This document shows positions 1 through 9,823 of a stretch of 64,000 nucleotides of DNA, one piece after another. The notes under the pieces were generated by a model. It did no database searches. It was given only the letters and a program-made list of their open reading frames with translations, and had not been told where the DNA came from. The translations under genes and the position numbers were made by a program. Source of the DNA: Methanocaldococcus sp. 28A (GTDB lineage Archaea > AGJL01 > Methanococci > Methanococcales > Methanocaldococcaceae); the NCBI GenBank assembly GCA_049852185.1, contig CP187540.1; one strand, given 5' to 3'. Position 1 is the stretch's first letter. Each line of letters begins with the position of its first letter.

Positions 1-116
1 TTATATTATCGCTATGGAATAATTTTATCCCATGAGAAATATATAAAAGTTACCCAAAAAAAAGAAGACGAAAAGTTTAAATATTAGATTGATTAAAAGT
101 TCCCTTAGGTGATAAA

Positions 117-698
117 ATGGAAAATATACAAAGATTGGACTGTCCAGTATGTGGTGGAAAAGGAACTTTTGTAATAACTTCTCATCAAATAGACATTCCT
201 TACTTTGGCCCTGTATTGGAAACAACAATGATTTGTGAGAAATGTAATTTTAGAAGAAGTGATGTATTCCCATTAGAGGTTAGAGAGCCAAAAAAGTATA
301 TGTTAAAAATTAAAAGTGAAAGAGATTTAAATAAGAGAGTTGTTAGAAGTTCTTCTGCTTATATACAAATTCCTGAGCTTGGTGTAGAGATTAAACCTGG
401 GCCATTAGCTGAAGGATTTGTTAGCAATGTTGAAGGAGTTTTAAATAGAGTTGATAATATATTACAAACTTTAATTAGATGGGCTGAGACAGAAGAGCAA
501 AAAAAGAAAGCTGAAGAGCTTAGGGAAAGGATAAAAAAATTAAAAGAAGGTAAAGATGAGGCAACTTTAATATTGATAGACCCATTAGGGCATAGTGCTA
601 TTATTGGAGATGGTGTTGAAGAAGAGATATTGAGCGAAGAAGAAGTTGAAAAATTAAAAGAAGGTATTGTAATCATGGACTTAGATAAGAAAAAATAG
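117..698 (+). CDS. ZPR1 zinc-finger domain protein
   Basis: CPVCG...CEKC zinc finger, IPYFG and EGFVSNVEGVL motifs typical of ZPR1. Confidence 0.9.
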   Translation: MENIQRLDCPVCGGKGTFVITSHQIDIPYFGPVLETTMICEKCNFRRSDVFPLEVREPKKYMLKIKSERDLNKRVVRSSSAYIQIPELGVEIKPGPLAEGFVSNVEGVLNRVDNILQTLIRWAETEEQKKKAEELRERIKKLKEGKDEATLILIDPLGHSAIIGDGVEEEILSEEEVEKLKEGIVIMDLDKKK

Positions 699-699
699 C

Positions 700-755
700 G
701 GCTCAGTTCGGGTAAGTATCATCACAGTTCAGCTAACCCTCTTTTCATCATTGCC
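700..755 (-). ncRNA. Double-guide C/D box sRNA (2'-O-methylation guide for 23S rRNA)
   Basis: Minus strand reads GGCA-ATGATGA(C)-AAAGAGGGTTAG-CTGA(D')-ACT-GTGATGA(C')-TACTTACCCGAA-CTGA(D)-GCC: perfect boxes, two 12-nt guides, GGC/GCC terminal stem. Confidence 0.93.
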
Positions 756-854
756 ATATTTACATATTGTTTTTTAAAGTTTTTAATAGTTTTCACAGTT
801 TATATATTCATTATATTTTCATTATATTAAATATTTATTCTTGCAAAGTTATAT

Positions 855-965
855 TATAGTTGTGTGCAAAAATAAACTTTATAATGGACAATTTAAATGC
901 TTTCCTTTTGAAAAGATATTCATTAATATCATTATTAATTATAAATACTTTTATATACACTTATA
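855..965. repeat. MITE family A, degenerate copy
   Basis: Left TIR TATAGTTGTGTGCAAAA and internal similarity to the copies at 26738 and 43022; right end decayed. Confidence 0.7.
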
Positions 966-1050
966 ACATCTTTGTAAGTAAAAAGGTTTTTATTCTATTA
1001 CTCTAAATTATTATGTATAAAAGTATTAAGAAAGCAAAAATGGTGAAACC

Positions 1051-1488
1051 TTGTACAAAAAAATAGTCATTCCAACTGACGGCTCAGAAGTTTCATTAGA
1101 AGCTGCAAAGCATGCAGTTAATATAGCTAAAGAATTTGATGCTGAGGTTTACGCAATATATGTTGTTGATGTCTCTCCATTTGTTGGGCTACCTGCAGAA
1201 GGAAGCTGGGAATTGATAAGTGAATTACTAAAAGAGGAGGGGCATGAGGCTTTAAAAAAGGTTAAAAAATTAGCCGAAGAGTTTGGTGTAGAAGTTCATA
1301 CAGAAATGCTGGAGGGTGTTCCTGCAAAAGAAATCGTTGAATTTGCTGAAAAGAAAAAAGCAGATTTAATTGTTATTGGAACTACAGGAAAAACTGGATT
1401 GGAGAGAATATTACTTGGTAGTGTTGCTGAAAGAGTTATTAAAAATTCTCACTGTCCGGTTTTAGTTGTCAAAAAGCCAAAAAAATAA
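1051..1488 (+). CDS. Universal stress protein (UspA family)
   Basis: KKIVIPTDGS...G-TTGKTGLERILLGSVAERV motif. Confidence 0.93.
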   Translation: MYKKIVIPTDGSEVSLEAAKHAVNIAKEFDAEVYAIYVVDVSPFVGLPAEGSWELISELLKEEGHEALKKVKKLAEEFGVEVHTEMLEGVPAKEIVEFAEKKKADLIVIGTTGKTGLERILLGSVAERVIKNSHCPVLVVKKPKK

Positions 1489-1490
1489 AC

Positions 1491-2666
1491 TTATAATAAA
1501 TCTTTGAAGTATTTTAAAAGGATGGGTTTTTTAGTTATTATTATTTTAACAAATTTTTTTAAATCTATACCCTCTAAACTCTCTCCTAAAGCTTCTGCTA
1601 AAGCATCCAACTCCTCATCACTCATTTTCTCTAAGATTTTTCTATATTTTAAATGATTCATTAAATACTCATAATGCTTTTCTTTCCATCTTCTTTCATA
1701 TTCTTTTAATGTTTTTTCAGTCCAGTCATTTGCTTTTATTGCTTTACTTGCCACTTCTCCAGCAATTAATCCACAATCCATAGCCAAATAAATTCCTCCA
1801 CCAGTTAATGGGCTTATTTGCCCAGCAGCATCTCCAACAACTAAAAGACCATCAGTATAGGTTTTTTCTATAGGGCCAGAAACTGGAGCTCCTCCAACTT
1901 TAAATTCTATTGGTGTTGCATTTTTTAATCTATCTTTAGCTAAGCCATTTTCTATAAATTCTTCTAAATAATCAATTGCCTTCTTTTTCTTATCTCTAAC
2001 TCCTAAGCCAACATTTGCCGTATCTCCTTTAGGGAATATCCAAACATAACCTCCTGGAGCAACTTCATTCCCAAAATAGAATTCCATCATATTTTTATCC
2101 AACAATTCAACATTTGTCATTTCATATTCTACACAGGAACAAACTTCTAATGGTTTTTTCTTTGCTTTTAGTCCTGCATATTCAGCAATATTGCTTTCTA
2201 CACCATCGGCAGCTATAACCACTTTAGTTTTTATAACATACTCTTCCCCTAAGAACTCAACTATAACATTCCAATAATCCCCTTCCCTTTCTAAACCAAC
2301 AACCATTGATTTTACTGCCACTTTAGCTCCAGCTTTAGCTGCTCTTATCGCTAAATATTTATCAAAAATCTTTCTTTCAACTATATATCCTTGAGCTTTA
2401 TCTTGAGTTATTGTAATCTTTTTTCCAGATGGAGAGAAGAGAATTCCTCCTCTAATTGTATTTCTAACAAACTCTGGTTCTGGTTTTAATCCAAATTCCT
2501 CTATTGATGGAATTGCCTCAGCACACCTAACTGGTTCTCCAATCTCCTGAGATTTCTCAATTAATAGTGTTTTGGCTCCATTCTTTGCTGATGCATAACT
2601 TGCCATGCTTCCTCCTGGTCCAGCTCCAACAACCACTACATCATATACATCATTTAACTCTCTCAT
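1491..2666 (-). CDS. Digeranylgeranylglycerophospholipid reductase (geranylgeranyl reductase family)
   Basis: GAGPGG FAD motif, [22 protein letters not shown]; start probably MRELND at 2666. Confidence 0.88.
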   Translation of the reverse strand: MRELNDVYDVVVVGAGPGGSMASYASAKNGAKTLLIEKSQEIGEPVRCAEAIPSIEEFGLKPEPEFVRNTIRGGILFSPSGKKITITQDKAQGYIVERKIFDKYLAIRAAKAGAKVAVKSMVVGLEREGDYWNVIVEFLGEEYVIKTKVVIAADGVESNIAEYAGLKAKKKPLEVCSCVEYEMTNVELLDKNMMEFYFGNEVAPGGYVWIFPKGDTANVGLGVRDKKKKAIDYLEEFIENGLAKDRLKNATPIEFKVGGAPVSGPIEKTYTDGLLVVGDAAGQISPLTGGGIYLAMDCGLIAGEVASKAIKANDWTEKTLKEYERRWKEKHYEYLMNHLKYRKILEKMSDEELDALAEALGESLEGIDLKKFVKIIITKKPILLKYFKDLL

Positions 2667-2836
2667 TATTCTCCCTCTAATGCATTTAATGGGCATACTA
2701 TTGTGCATAATTTACAATTATTACATTTTTTTTCATCAATAACTATAATATATTCCATTAAATTAATTGCTAAGTTTTCACAAACTCCAACACATGCTCC
2801 ACAATAACCACATTTTTTATGATTTATTTTTACCAT
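2666..2836 (-). CDS. 2x[4Fe-4S] ferredoxin
   Basis: [11 protein letters not shown] and [12 protein letters not shown] motifs. Confidence 0.9.
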   Translation of the reverse strand: MVKINHKKCGYCGACVGVCENLAINLMEYIIVIDEKKCNNCKLCTIVCPLNALEGE

Positions 2837-2991
2837 AATTTCCCTCAATTTCTGCTATTGGTTAAATTATAACTTATAAGAACTATAAAATATAGGTTGT
2901 TATTGTTTATTATCACATTGACTATAAAACCTTTATGTTACAAATTTAAGTAGTTTAAGTTGTTTTTAGTAAAAATTAAATTAAAATTAAC

Positions 2992-4017
2992 TTAGATTAG
3001 ATACTCTTTAATAATATTTTTAACATTTTCGACCATTGATTTGATTTTATTATTATAAATATCTACGCCATCTCCTACACTATCTAACACATTTTCAGCA
3101 TTAACATAACCTTCAAAAAATGCTGGTGGAGCATACTTTAAACCTATTCCATAACCTCCTTCCAAAACTGATACAACACCATATCTGCTTAGCTTAGCCC
3201 CTACAAACCTATAAAAAGTTTCAGTTAAGCCCATGCTTGCTAAACCATCATTCATAAAAGCATCAAAACCAGCTGAAACTAAAACAATACTTGGCTTAAA
3301 ATAATCCAATATTGGTTCAACAATTTCATTCCATGCAAATATATAATCAAAATCTGTTGAATGTGCTGAGAAAGGAAGATTTATTTTAGTTCCCTCTGCT
3401 TCTTTGCCACCAATATCAAACACATCTCCTGTTCCAGGATAGATACCATTTTGATGAAAGTCGATATGTATAACATTCTTATCATTCCAAAAAATTTCTT
3501 GAGTTCCATTTCCATGATGTACATCAAAATCAATTATTATAACTTTTTTCATATACTTTTTAGCCAATTCTGCTGCTCCTGCTATATTATTAAAGATGCA
3601 AAAACCATTTGACATTGCTCCTAAAGCCTTACCAGAGATACCTGCATGATGTCCAGGAGGCCTTGTTAGAGCAAAGTATAAATCTTTATATTCTATAGCT
3701 AATTTTATAGCTTCTTTTGCTAACTTAAAGGCAGATAATGAAGCGTATAAAGTTCCTTTAGAGATGTAAGTATCAGAGTCATAATAGTTAAATAAATCGT
3801 TACAAAGCTTTACTATTGAATCCACATACTCTTTACTATGAATTTCTAAAATTTCATCAATAGAAGATTTTCCTTCAATTAAAATGATATCTTCAAATCC
3901 TTTTAATTTTAAACTATTTAAAATAATCTCAACTCTCTTTGGATTTTCAACATGGTAAAATTTTGGTTTGTGGTTTAAAACCTCTGGATTGTATAAAATT
4001 TTTGGCATTATAGACAC
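2992..4017 (-). CDS. Histone deacetylase-family amidohydrolase
   Basis: RPPGHHA, GFCIFNN, DFDVHHGNGTQ, SAGFDA, LEGGY motifs. Confidence 0.92.
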   Translation of the reverse strand: MSIMPKILYNPEVLNHKPKFYHVENPKRVEIILNSLKLKGFEDIILIEGKSSIDEILEIHSKEYVDSIVKLCNDLFNYYDSDTYISKGTLYASLSAFKLAKEAIKLAIEYKDLYFALTRPPGHHAGISGKALGAMSNGFCIFNNIAGAAELAKKYMKKVIIIDFDVHHGNGTQEIFWNDKNVIHIDFHQNGIYPGTGDVFDIGGKEAEGTKINLPFSAHSTDFDYIFAWNEIVEPILDYFKPSIVLVSAGFDAFMNDGLASMGLTETFYRFVGAKLSRYGVVSVLEGGYGIGLKYAPPAFFEGYVNAENVLDSVGDGVDIYNNKIKSMVENVKNIIKEYLI

Positions 4018-4056
4018 CTAAAATAGCTGATTTAATATATTTTACAAAAAAAGAAT

Positions 4057-4110
4057 TTATAATTTTCCAGCAAATTCATAACCTTTATTAAATGCTAATA
4101 AATTTTTCTC
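4057..4110 (-). repeat. Second, recoded copy of the korC 3' end (EKNLLAFNKGYEFAGKL*)
   Basis: 54-bp direct repeat of 4445-4498 with 6 synonymous third-position changes and one E/G codon. Confidence 0.92.
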
Positions 4111-4121
4111 CATCCATAGGG

Positions 4122-4387
4122 CAGTTTCCTTAAATAGAACATACAAATCTATACTTTACACCATCCAAAAATTTTAAATAATACTTTTAACAATACTTTT
4201 AACGATATATTATAGCGTGGCAGTCCCGATATGTGGGGGAAACTAAGCCCGAATGGGACTGCTATTAAGATGAAGATGTGGGGAGTTTCCGTTCCCCCCG
4301 ATTGCCAGCCGATGAAGTTGGGAGGCTGGAAGGTTATCCGCTACGATTCGTTCGATATGTTCCATTTGTAGCGGAGAACCAGAACGG
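4122..4387 (+). mobile_element. Non-autonomous IS607/IS605-like miniature carrying a tnpB-derived RNA
   Basis: Begins CAGTTTCC, ends AACCAGAACGG; interrupts the loop of the CCATAGGGC..CCCTATTGG repeat hairpin; contains tnpB-like coding relics. Confidence 0.65.
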
Positions 4388-4407
4388 AAACCCTATTGGG
4401 ATACCCC
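4216..4407 (+). ncRNA. Putative TnpB omega-RNA/sotRNA-like structured RNA
   Basis: GC-rich island after an AT-rich promoter-like tract; stems GCAGTCCC/GGGACTGC, CCAGCC/GGCTGG, TCCGCTAC/GTAGCGGA; relic frames PICG(G)KLSPNG and KMWGVSVPPDCQPMKLGG. Confidence 0.65.
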
Positions 4408-4440
4408 GATGCATTGCCTCGCTTCGCTCGGCAATGCCTC
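4388..4440. repeat. Palindromic repeat family P (right part of an interrupted copy)
   Basis: CCCTATTGGGATACCCC then hairpin GCATTGCC-TCGCTTCGCTC-GGCAATGC; similar to 6972-7033. Confidence 0.85.
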
Positions 4441-4444
4441 TTTT

Positions 4445-4987
4445 TTATAATTTCTCTGCGAATTCGTAGCCTTTATTAAATGCTAATAAATTCTTTTCTT
4501 CAGTTCCCTTTGGAACGCTATCTAAAATTGCTTTTTCCATACTCTCTTTTGAGACAATATTTGTTAATTTAGTTAAAGCTCCTAACATAACTATATTTGC
4601 AACAATAGGCAATTTTATTTCTTCTGATGCAATTCTTGTAAATGGAATTTTATACATTGTTATATTAACATTAGGCATTTCTTCTGTAGAAACTAAATCC
4701 TCATCAACTAATATAATTCCTCCCTCTTTAATATCATCCTTATATTTATCATAAGCCTGCTGTGATAAACAAACCAAGATATCTGGCTTTATGACTTTTG
4801 GGAAATCTATTGGCTCATCACTAATAACAACCTCTGATTTACTTGCTCCTCCTCTTGCCTCAGGTCCATAAGATTGTGTTTGAACAGCCTCTTTTTTGTC
4901 ATATAAAGCTGCTGCTCTTCCCAAGATAACCCCAGCTAAAATAATCCCTTGCCCACCAAAACCAGATAATCTTATTTCTTTTCTCAT
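4445..4987 (-). CDS. korC: 2-oxoglutarate:ferredoxin oxidoreductase gamma subunit
   Basis: GFGGQGII, SYGPEARGGAS motifs; adjacent to korB. Confidence 0.88.
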   Translation of the reverse strand: MRKEIRLSGFGGQGIILAGVILGRAAALYDKKEAVQTQSYGPEARGGASKSEVVISDEPIDFPKVIKPDILVCLSQQAYDKYKDDIKEGGIILVDEDLVSTEEMPNVNITMYKIPFTRIASEEIKLPIVANIVMLGALTKLTNIVSKESMEKAILDSVPKGTEEKNLLAFNKGYEFAEKL

Positions 4988-5053
4988 TTTAGCTCTCCTC
5001 TTTTAATTTTTGAAATTTTATAAATAATGGTAATGTTAAAAAATATTTATTTT

Positions 5054-5863
5054 TTATTCTTTCATTTTCTCAATTAACTTATGCAATTCATCAACAAACT
5101 CTGGTTTCTCTATATCTAAAAACTCTCCAACAACTATTTTTCCTTCTAATTCTTTATCAATTAAATTTTTTGCTTTATTTAAATGAATAGAGTTTTCTTT
5201 TAAGAATTTAATCATATCAGCTGGTTTTCTTGAGATGTTGAATCTTCCATAGTATGTTGGGCATTGAGAAACAACTTCAATAAACGCAAAGCCCTTCTTT
5301 TGAATACCTTTTTTAATTGATTTAACAAGCTGAATTGGATGAGCTGTTGTCCATCTTGCTACATAAGTAGCTCCTGCTGCTATTGCCAAATTAACTAAAT
5401 CCATAGTATTTTCTATACAACCATAAGGAGCTGTTGTAGCCTTTTTACCATAAGGTGTTGTTGGTGAAACCTGTCCTCCAGTCATTCCATAGATATTGTT
5501 GTTTATACAGATGACAGTTAAATCTATATTCCTTCTACATCCATGGATAAAGTGATTCCCTCCTATAGCCGCTAAATCTCCATCCCCAGTAAATACAACA
5601 ACATGTTTGTCTGGTCTTGCTATCTTAATTCCAGTTGCAAATGCTATCGGTCTTCCATGGGTTGTGTGTAAAGAATCACAATATAAATAACCTGGAATTC
5701 TTGAAGAACATCCAATTCCTGAAACTGCAATATAATCTTCTGGCTTTATGTTTAGCTCCTCAATTGCCTTTAAAAAGCAATTTATAACAATTCCATTTCC
5801 ACATCCAGAACAAAAAATGTGTGGCAACCTATCTTTCCTCATGTATTTTAATGCAGGATGCAA
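5054..5863 (-). CDS. korB: 2-oxoglutarate:ferredoxin oxidoreductase beta subunit
   Basis: FCSGCG, GIGCSS, GDGD TPP motif, YGMTGGQ. Confidence 0.9.
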   Translation of the reverse strand: MHPALKYMRKDRLPHIFCSGCGNGIVINCFLKAIEELNIKPEDYIAVSGIGCSSRIPGYLYCDSLHTTHGRPIAFATGIKIARPDKHVVVFTGDGDLAAIGGNHFIHGCRRNIDLTVICINNNIYGMTGGQVSPTTPYGKKATTAPYGCIENTMDLVNLAIAAGATYVARWTTAHPIQLVKSIKKGIQKKGFAFIEVVSQCPTYYGRFNISRKPADMIKFLKENSIHLNKAKNLIDKELEGKIVVGEFLDIEKPEFVDELHKLIEKMKE

Positions 5864-5929
5864 ACTACCACCTCAAAAAATTTCTAATCAACTTCTAGTA
5901 AATCTTCCAAAGGATGTTGTAAAAGCCTC

Positions 5930-5977
5930 TTAGATTTTTCTCATAATAACTGCATGACTAAGCTCAAATATTACTCC
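5930..5977 (-). repeat. Second copy of the 3' end of gene 6105-6884 (GVIFELSHAVIMRKI*)
   Basis: 27-bp identity of 5939-5965 with 6111-6137 plus diverged in-frame flanks and its own stop. Confidence 0.88.
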
Positions 5978-6109
5978 CAACCTTTTAGTAAAAGGTTGAT
6001 CAAAACGGATGCATTTACCTCTTTTAGAGGCAAATGCCTCTTATATTATAGTGGGGATGAAAGATGTGAAACCCGCTCGGGGTATAGCAATAGGGGCTTT
6101 GTCCCTATG
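5978..6109. repeat. Palindromic repeat family P (composite of two units)
   Basis: CAACCTTTTAGTAAAAGGTTG palindrome, GCATTT..AAATGC hairpin, then inverted CAATAGGGGC..CCCTATG unit that supplies the stop of the adjacent gene. Confidence 0.85.
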
Positions 6110-6884
6110 CTCTCATAATAACTGCATGACTAAGCTCGAACATCGCTCCAGACAGCTCATTACCAATATCTTGAATATCAGATAAGCTTAGTTCAATCTC
6201 GTCTATTTGAACTGATATAGCTACTGGTAAATATTTATATGCTATTTCAAAGAGTTCAAAAGGTTTTGTAAGTAAATCAACGGCAATTAAGCCATTGAAA
6301 CTTTTATCTTCATTGAAATTTTGAGTTATAATCTTATTAATAATAATCTCATCTCTTTCTAAAGATGTTAGAAGATGTTTAATAACTTCTTCTTCATTTT
6401 TTCCAATTCCTTCAAACACAGCTTTAACTCTTATAAAACCTTCTTCTTCAAAATCAACTATTTCCTCTTCATCATATTTACCTTTTTTATATTTCTCTAT
6501 ATCAATATCTTTTTTCTTTTTAACATATACGTTAAATCCAATCTTATAAGTATCAACAAATGATTTAAATACACTTATAACTAAAGCTAAAACCTCGTTT
6601 ATTTCATTAGCCTTAAGTTTTAATTTTTTTGGTTTTATAACTTCAATATCAGCCCCATATTTTAAACAGAAGTTTATATAATCCTTGAAGTTATTAAAAT
6701 TTATCTCAAATTCTCCAATTTTTGTATAAAACTTTAAATTTCCATCTTCTTCTATATCTTCATCCACATATCTAAGTTTAGCATTATATTTTTCTTTCAA
6801 TTCATTAGCTAAGTTTTCAAATTCTTTTTCAACAATTTCTTTATAATTTCCTTTAACTTCTTCTAATGCATGTATTTTTATCAT
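6105..6884 (-). CDS. Conserved Methanococci hypothetical protein
   Basis: 259-aa ORF with RBS (GGTGG) and native codon usage between korB and lysS. Confidence 0.8.
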   Translation of the reverse strand: MIKIHALEEVKGNYKEIVEKEFENLANELKEKYNAKLRYVDEDIEEDGNLKFYTKIGEFEINFNNFKDYINFCLKYGADIEVIKPKKLKLKANEINEVLALVISVFKSFVDTYKIGFNVYVKKKKDIDIEKYKKGKYDEEEIVDFEEEGFIRVKAVFEGIGKNEEEVIKHLLTSLERDEIIINKIITQNFNEDKSFNGLIAVDLLTKPFELFEIAYKYLPVAISVQIDEIELSLSDIQDIGNELSGAMFELSHAVIMRA

Positions 6885-6947
6885 CTTACCACCAAAAAAG
6901 TAAAAATTATTAATAAAACTTAATTTATTATTATAATATTCTTATAA

Positions 6948-6971
6948 TTATAACAAAATCTTTCCCCAGAG
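6948..6971 (-). repeat. Second, recoded copy of part of the lysS 3' end (LGKDFVI)
   Basis: 21/24 identity to 7063-7086, all 3 differences synonymous. Confidence 0.75.
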
Positions 6972-7033
6972 CCATAGGGCTCCGCTCTATTGGATACTCG
7001 GAGATGCACTACCTCGCTTCGCTCGGTAGTGCC
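6972..7033. repeat. Palindromic repeat family P
   Basis: CCATAGGGCTCCGCTCTATTGGATAC...GCACTACC-TCGCTTCGCTC-GGTAGTGC, with compensatory stem changes versus the 4411 hairpin. Confidence 0.88.
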
Positions 7034-7039
7034 TTTTAA

Positions 7040-8632
7040 TTATTTAAATAATGAATATCTTCTTATAACAAAATCCTTTCCAAGAGTTGCTAAGAAAGCA
7101 CCTAACTTTGGACCGTATTTTTTACCCAATAATATCATATACGATGCTTGAAATGCATCTCTTGGATTTAAGCCAAGGTCCTTTGCAGTTTGATAAATCA
7201 ACTCATGCAAGTTTAATGCATCAAACTCAACTGTTTTTAATTTTTCAGCGAAGTATTTAATCCACTCTTTTTGTTTATCCTTCAATTTTTCATATATTTC
7301 TTTTGCTTCATTTTCATCAATTATAACTAACTTCTCTCCATATTTTAAAGCCCAGTTTCTTGCCATTAATAATCTGTCTTTCAATTTTTGCAAGCTGAAA
7401 TCATCAATATTATCTATGTTATAGTTGTTTCTTCTTAATATCTCAAATACTCTTTCCATATCTACATCGTTTTTTTCTTCATTATAAGTTAGCTGGGCAA
7501 TTATTGAGCAGAATCTATAATGAATAACAAAAGGCTTACTTTCAGGAATTTTTGGTGTAGATAATTCATAAATTCTTATTTTTTCCTTTTCTTCTTCACT
7601 TAATTCATCTTTATCTTTATTATTAAAGTAGAATTCCTCTAATCTATCATATTCATCCACTAAGTCAGGAATTTTCTTTAAATCAAAGTCTATATGCTTA
7701 GTTGGCTTACTTCTCAATAATAAAAATCTTAAAATTTCTGGATGAGCGATATGTGTCCAATCTTTTACAGCAAACACAACACCTTTTGAAGAACTCATTG
7801 GAATTGCTTTATCTCCAACTTTTAATTGAATCCACTCATAAACAACCTTTTTTGGAGGTATATAGCTATAGATTTCTTTTGCAATTAAAACTCCAGTATC
7901 ATAAGAGCCCCCAGCAGCTGCATGGTCTTTACCCATTGGCTCAATAGTTACATTAAATATACTCCACCTTGCAGGCCAATCTACTCTCCATGGAAGCTTA
8001 GCTCTCCCTTTATATGGTTTTACCTCTCCAGAGTATCCACATGCCTCACATCTATAAGTTACTTCCTCCTTCTCACTATCATATTTTACAACCTTTGTCT
8101 TTAACTTTCCACATTTTTCACAAACTATATTTATTGGCCACCAATCATCTGGTAATGGTGAAGCCCTAAATTTATTTAAAATTTCCATGATTTTTTCTCT
8201 ATTCTCTAAAGCAATCTTTATCTTTTCATCATAAAGTCCTTTTTTGTAGTTTTCATCAGCTCTATATGTTGTTAGCTCTACTCCTAAATCATCTAAACTC
8301 TCTAAATATGGGTTTAAAAAGTGTTCAGCATAGCTTTTACAACAACCTTCTGGACATGGAATCTCACTTAATGGCATTCCTATATACTGCTCAAACTCTT
8401 TTGGTAAAAATGGATAGAGCTTTCTTAATGGGTCGTAAGTGTCTGCTATAAAGATTAACTCTGCCTCAACACCTTTATTTATCAAACCTTTATAGATTGC
8501 ATCTGCTGTCAATGTTTCTCTTGCATTTCCTACGTGGATATGTCCTGAAGGAGTTATTCCACTCGCAACGATATATTTATCTGCCTTTCTCTCCTCAATC
8601 AGTTTTTCGGCAATTACATCAGCCCAATGCAT
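7040..8632 (-). CDS. lysS: Lysyl-tRNA synthetase, class I
   Basis: [34 protein letters not shown]. Confidence 0.96.
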   Translation of the reverse strand: MHWADVIAEKLIEERKADKYIVASGITPSGHIHVGNARETLTADAIYKGLINKGVEAELIFIADTYDPLRKLYPFLPKEFEQYIGMPLSEIPCPEGCCKSYAEHFLNPYLESLDDLGVELTTYRADENYKKGLYDEKIKIALENREKIMEILNKFRASPLPDDWWPINIVCEKCGKLKTKVVKYDSEKEEVTYRCEACGYSGEVKPYKGRAKLPWRVDWPARWSIFNVTIEPMGKDHAAAGGSYDTGVLIAKEIYSYIPPKKVVYEWIQLKVGDKAIPMSSSKGVVFAVKDWTHIAHPEILRFLLLRSKPTKHIDFDLKKIPDLVDEYDRLEEFYFNNKDKDELSEEEKEKIRIYELSTPKIPESKPFVIHYRFCSIIAQLTYNEEKNDVDMERVFEILRRNNYNIDNIDDFSLQKLKDRLLMARNWALKYGEKLVIIDENEAKEIYEKLKDKQKEWIKYFAEKLKTVEFDALNLHELIYQTAKDLGLNPRDAFQASYMILLGKKYGPKLGAFLATLGKDFVIRRYSLFK

Positions 8633-8806
8633 AATTTCCCTCAAAATTTTTGTTTCTTCTTATATTATTTAGAATATAAAATCAAAAAATTTAAATTCTT
8701 TTAAATTGGCGATAATTTGCTAAAATAATAACTACTAAAAATAGTATAAATAACTTAGTTTTGAATAAAAAAAGCTATATTAAATTAATCATCCAAGGTT
8801 TTTTAA

Positions 8807-8900
8807 ATAGGACTTTCGCAGCTTTATATTAATTTGGAATTTAGACACAATAAATGTGTCAATGTTCAATAAAAAATGTTTATTCCTGCAAAAGTCCTAT
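8807..8900. repeat. MITE family B
   Basis: TIRs ATAGGACTTTCGCAG / CTGCAAAAGTCCTAT, central hairpin GACACA..TGTGTC. Confidence 0.88.
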
Positions 8901-8920
8901 TATAGTTATAAATTCACTAA

Positions 8921-9181
8921 TTAATAAAACCTTAACACAATTCTCTTATCTTCTCTGGTGTGAGCCAACTCTAACAAATCATCTAATATCTTTTCAATCT
9001 CGACCTCTATAATACCATACTTGTCATGAACTAATCTTATCAACCCCTCATTGTAGTGCATTAGTTTTCCTTCAACATGAACTCTTCCAAAATATATTTC
9101 AATATACTCCCCACTATCTACATTTTCAAGATATTCCATAACTTCTTTTGGATTTTTTATATCAATTATTTCTTCAATCAT
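8921..9181 (-). CDS. DUF2097-like hypothetical protein
   Basis: EIYFGRVHVEG motif; RBS GGAGG. Confidence 0.75.
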   Translation of the reverse strand: MIEEIIDIKNPKEVMEYLENVDSGEYIEIYFGRVHVEGKLMHYNEGLIRLVHDKYGIIEVEIEKILDDLLELAHTREDKRIVLRFY

Positions 9182-9230
9182 AGTAAATAACCTCCATTTT
9201 TGTTATTAATTATAATAATTTTATTATTAT

Positions 9231-9797
<567 letters not shown>

Positions 9798-9823
9798 CTA
9801 TAAAAACAAAAATTTAAGAAGAT

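Noticed and set aside
4278-4469. 63-aa + strand ORF over the GC-rich island
   Set aside because: Spans the RNA cassette and P repeat; atypical composition, no RBS; better explained as structured non-coding DNA
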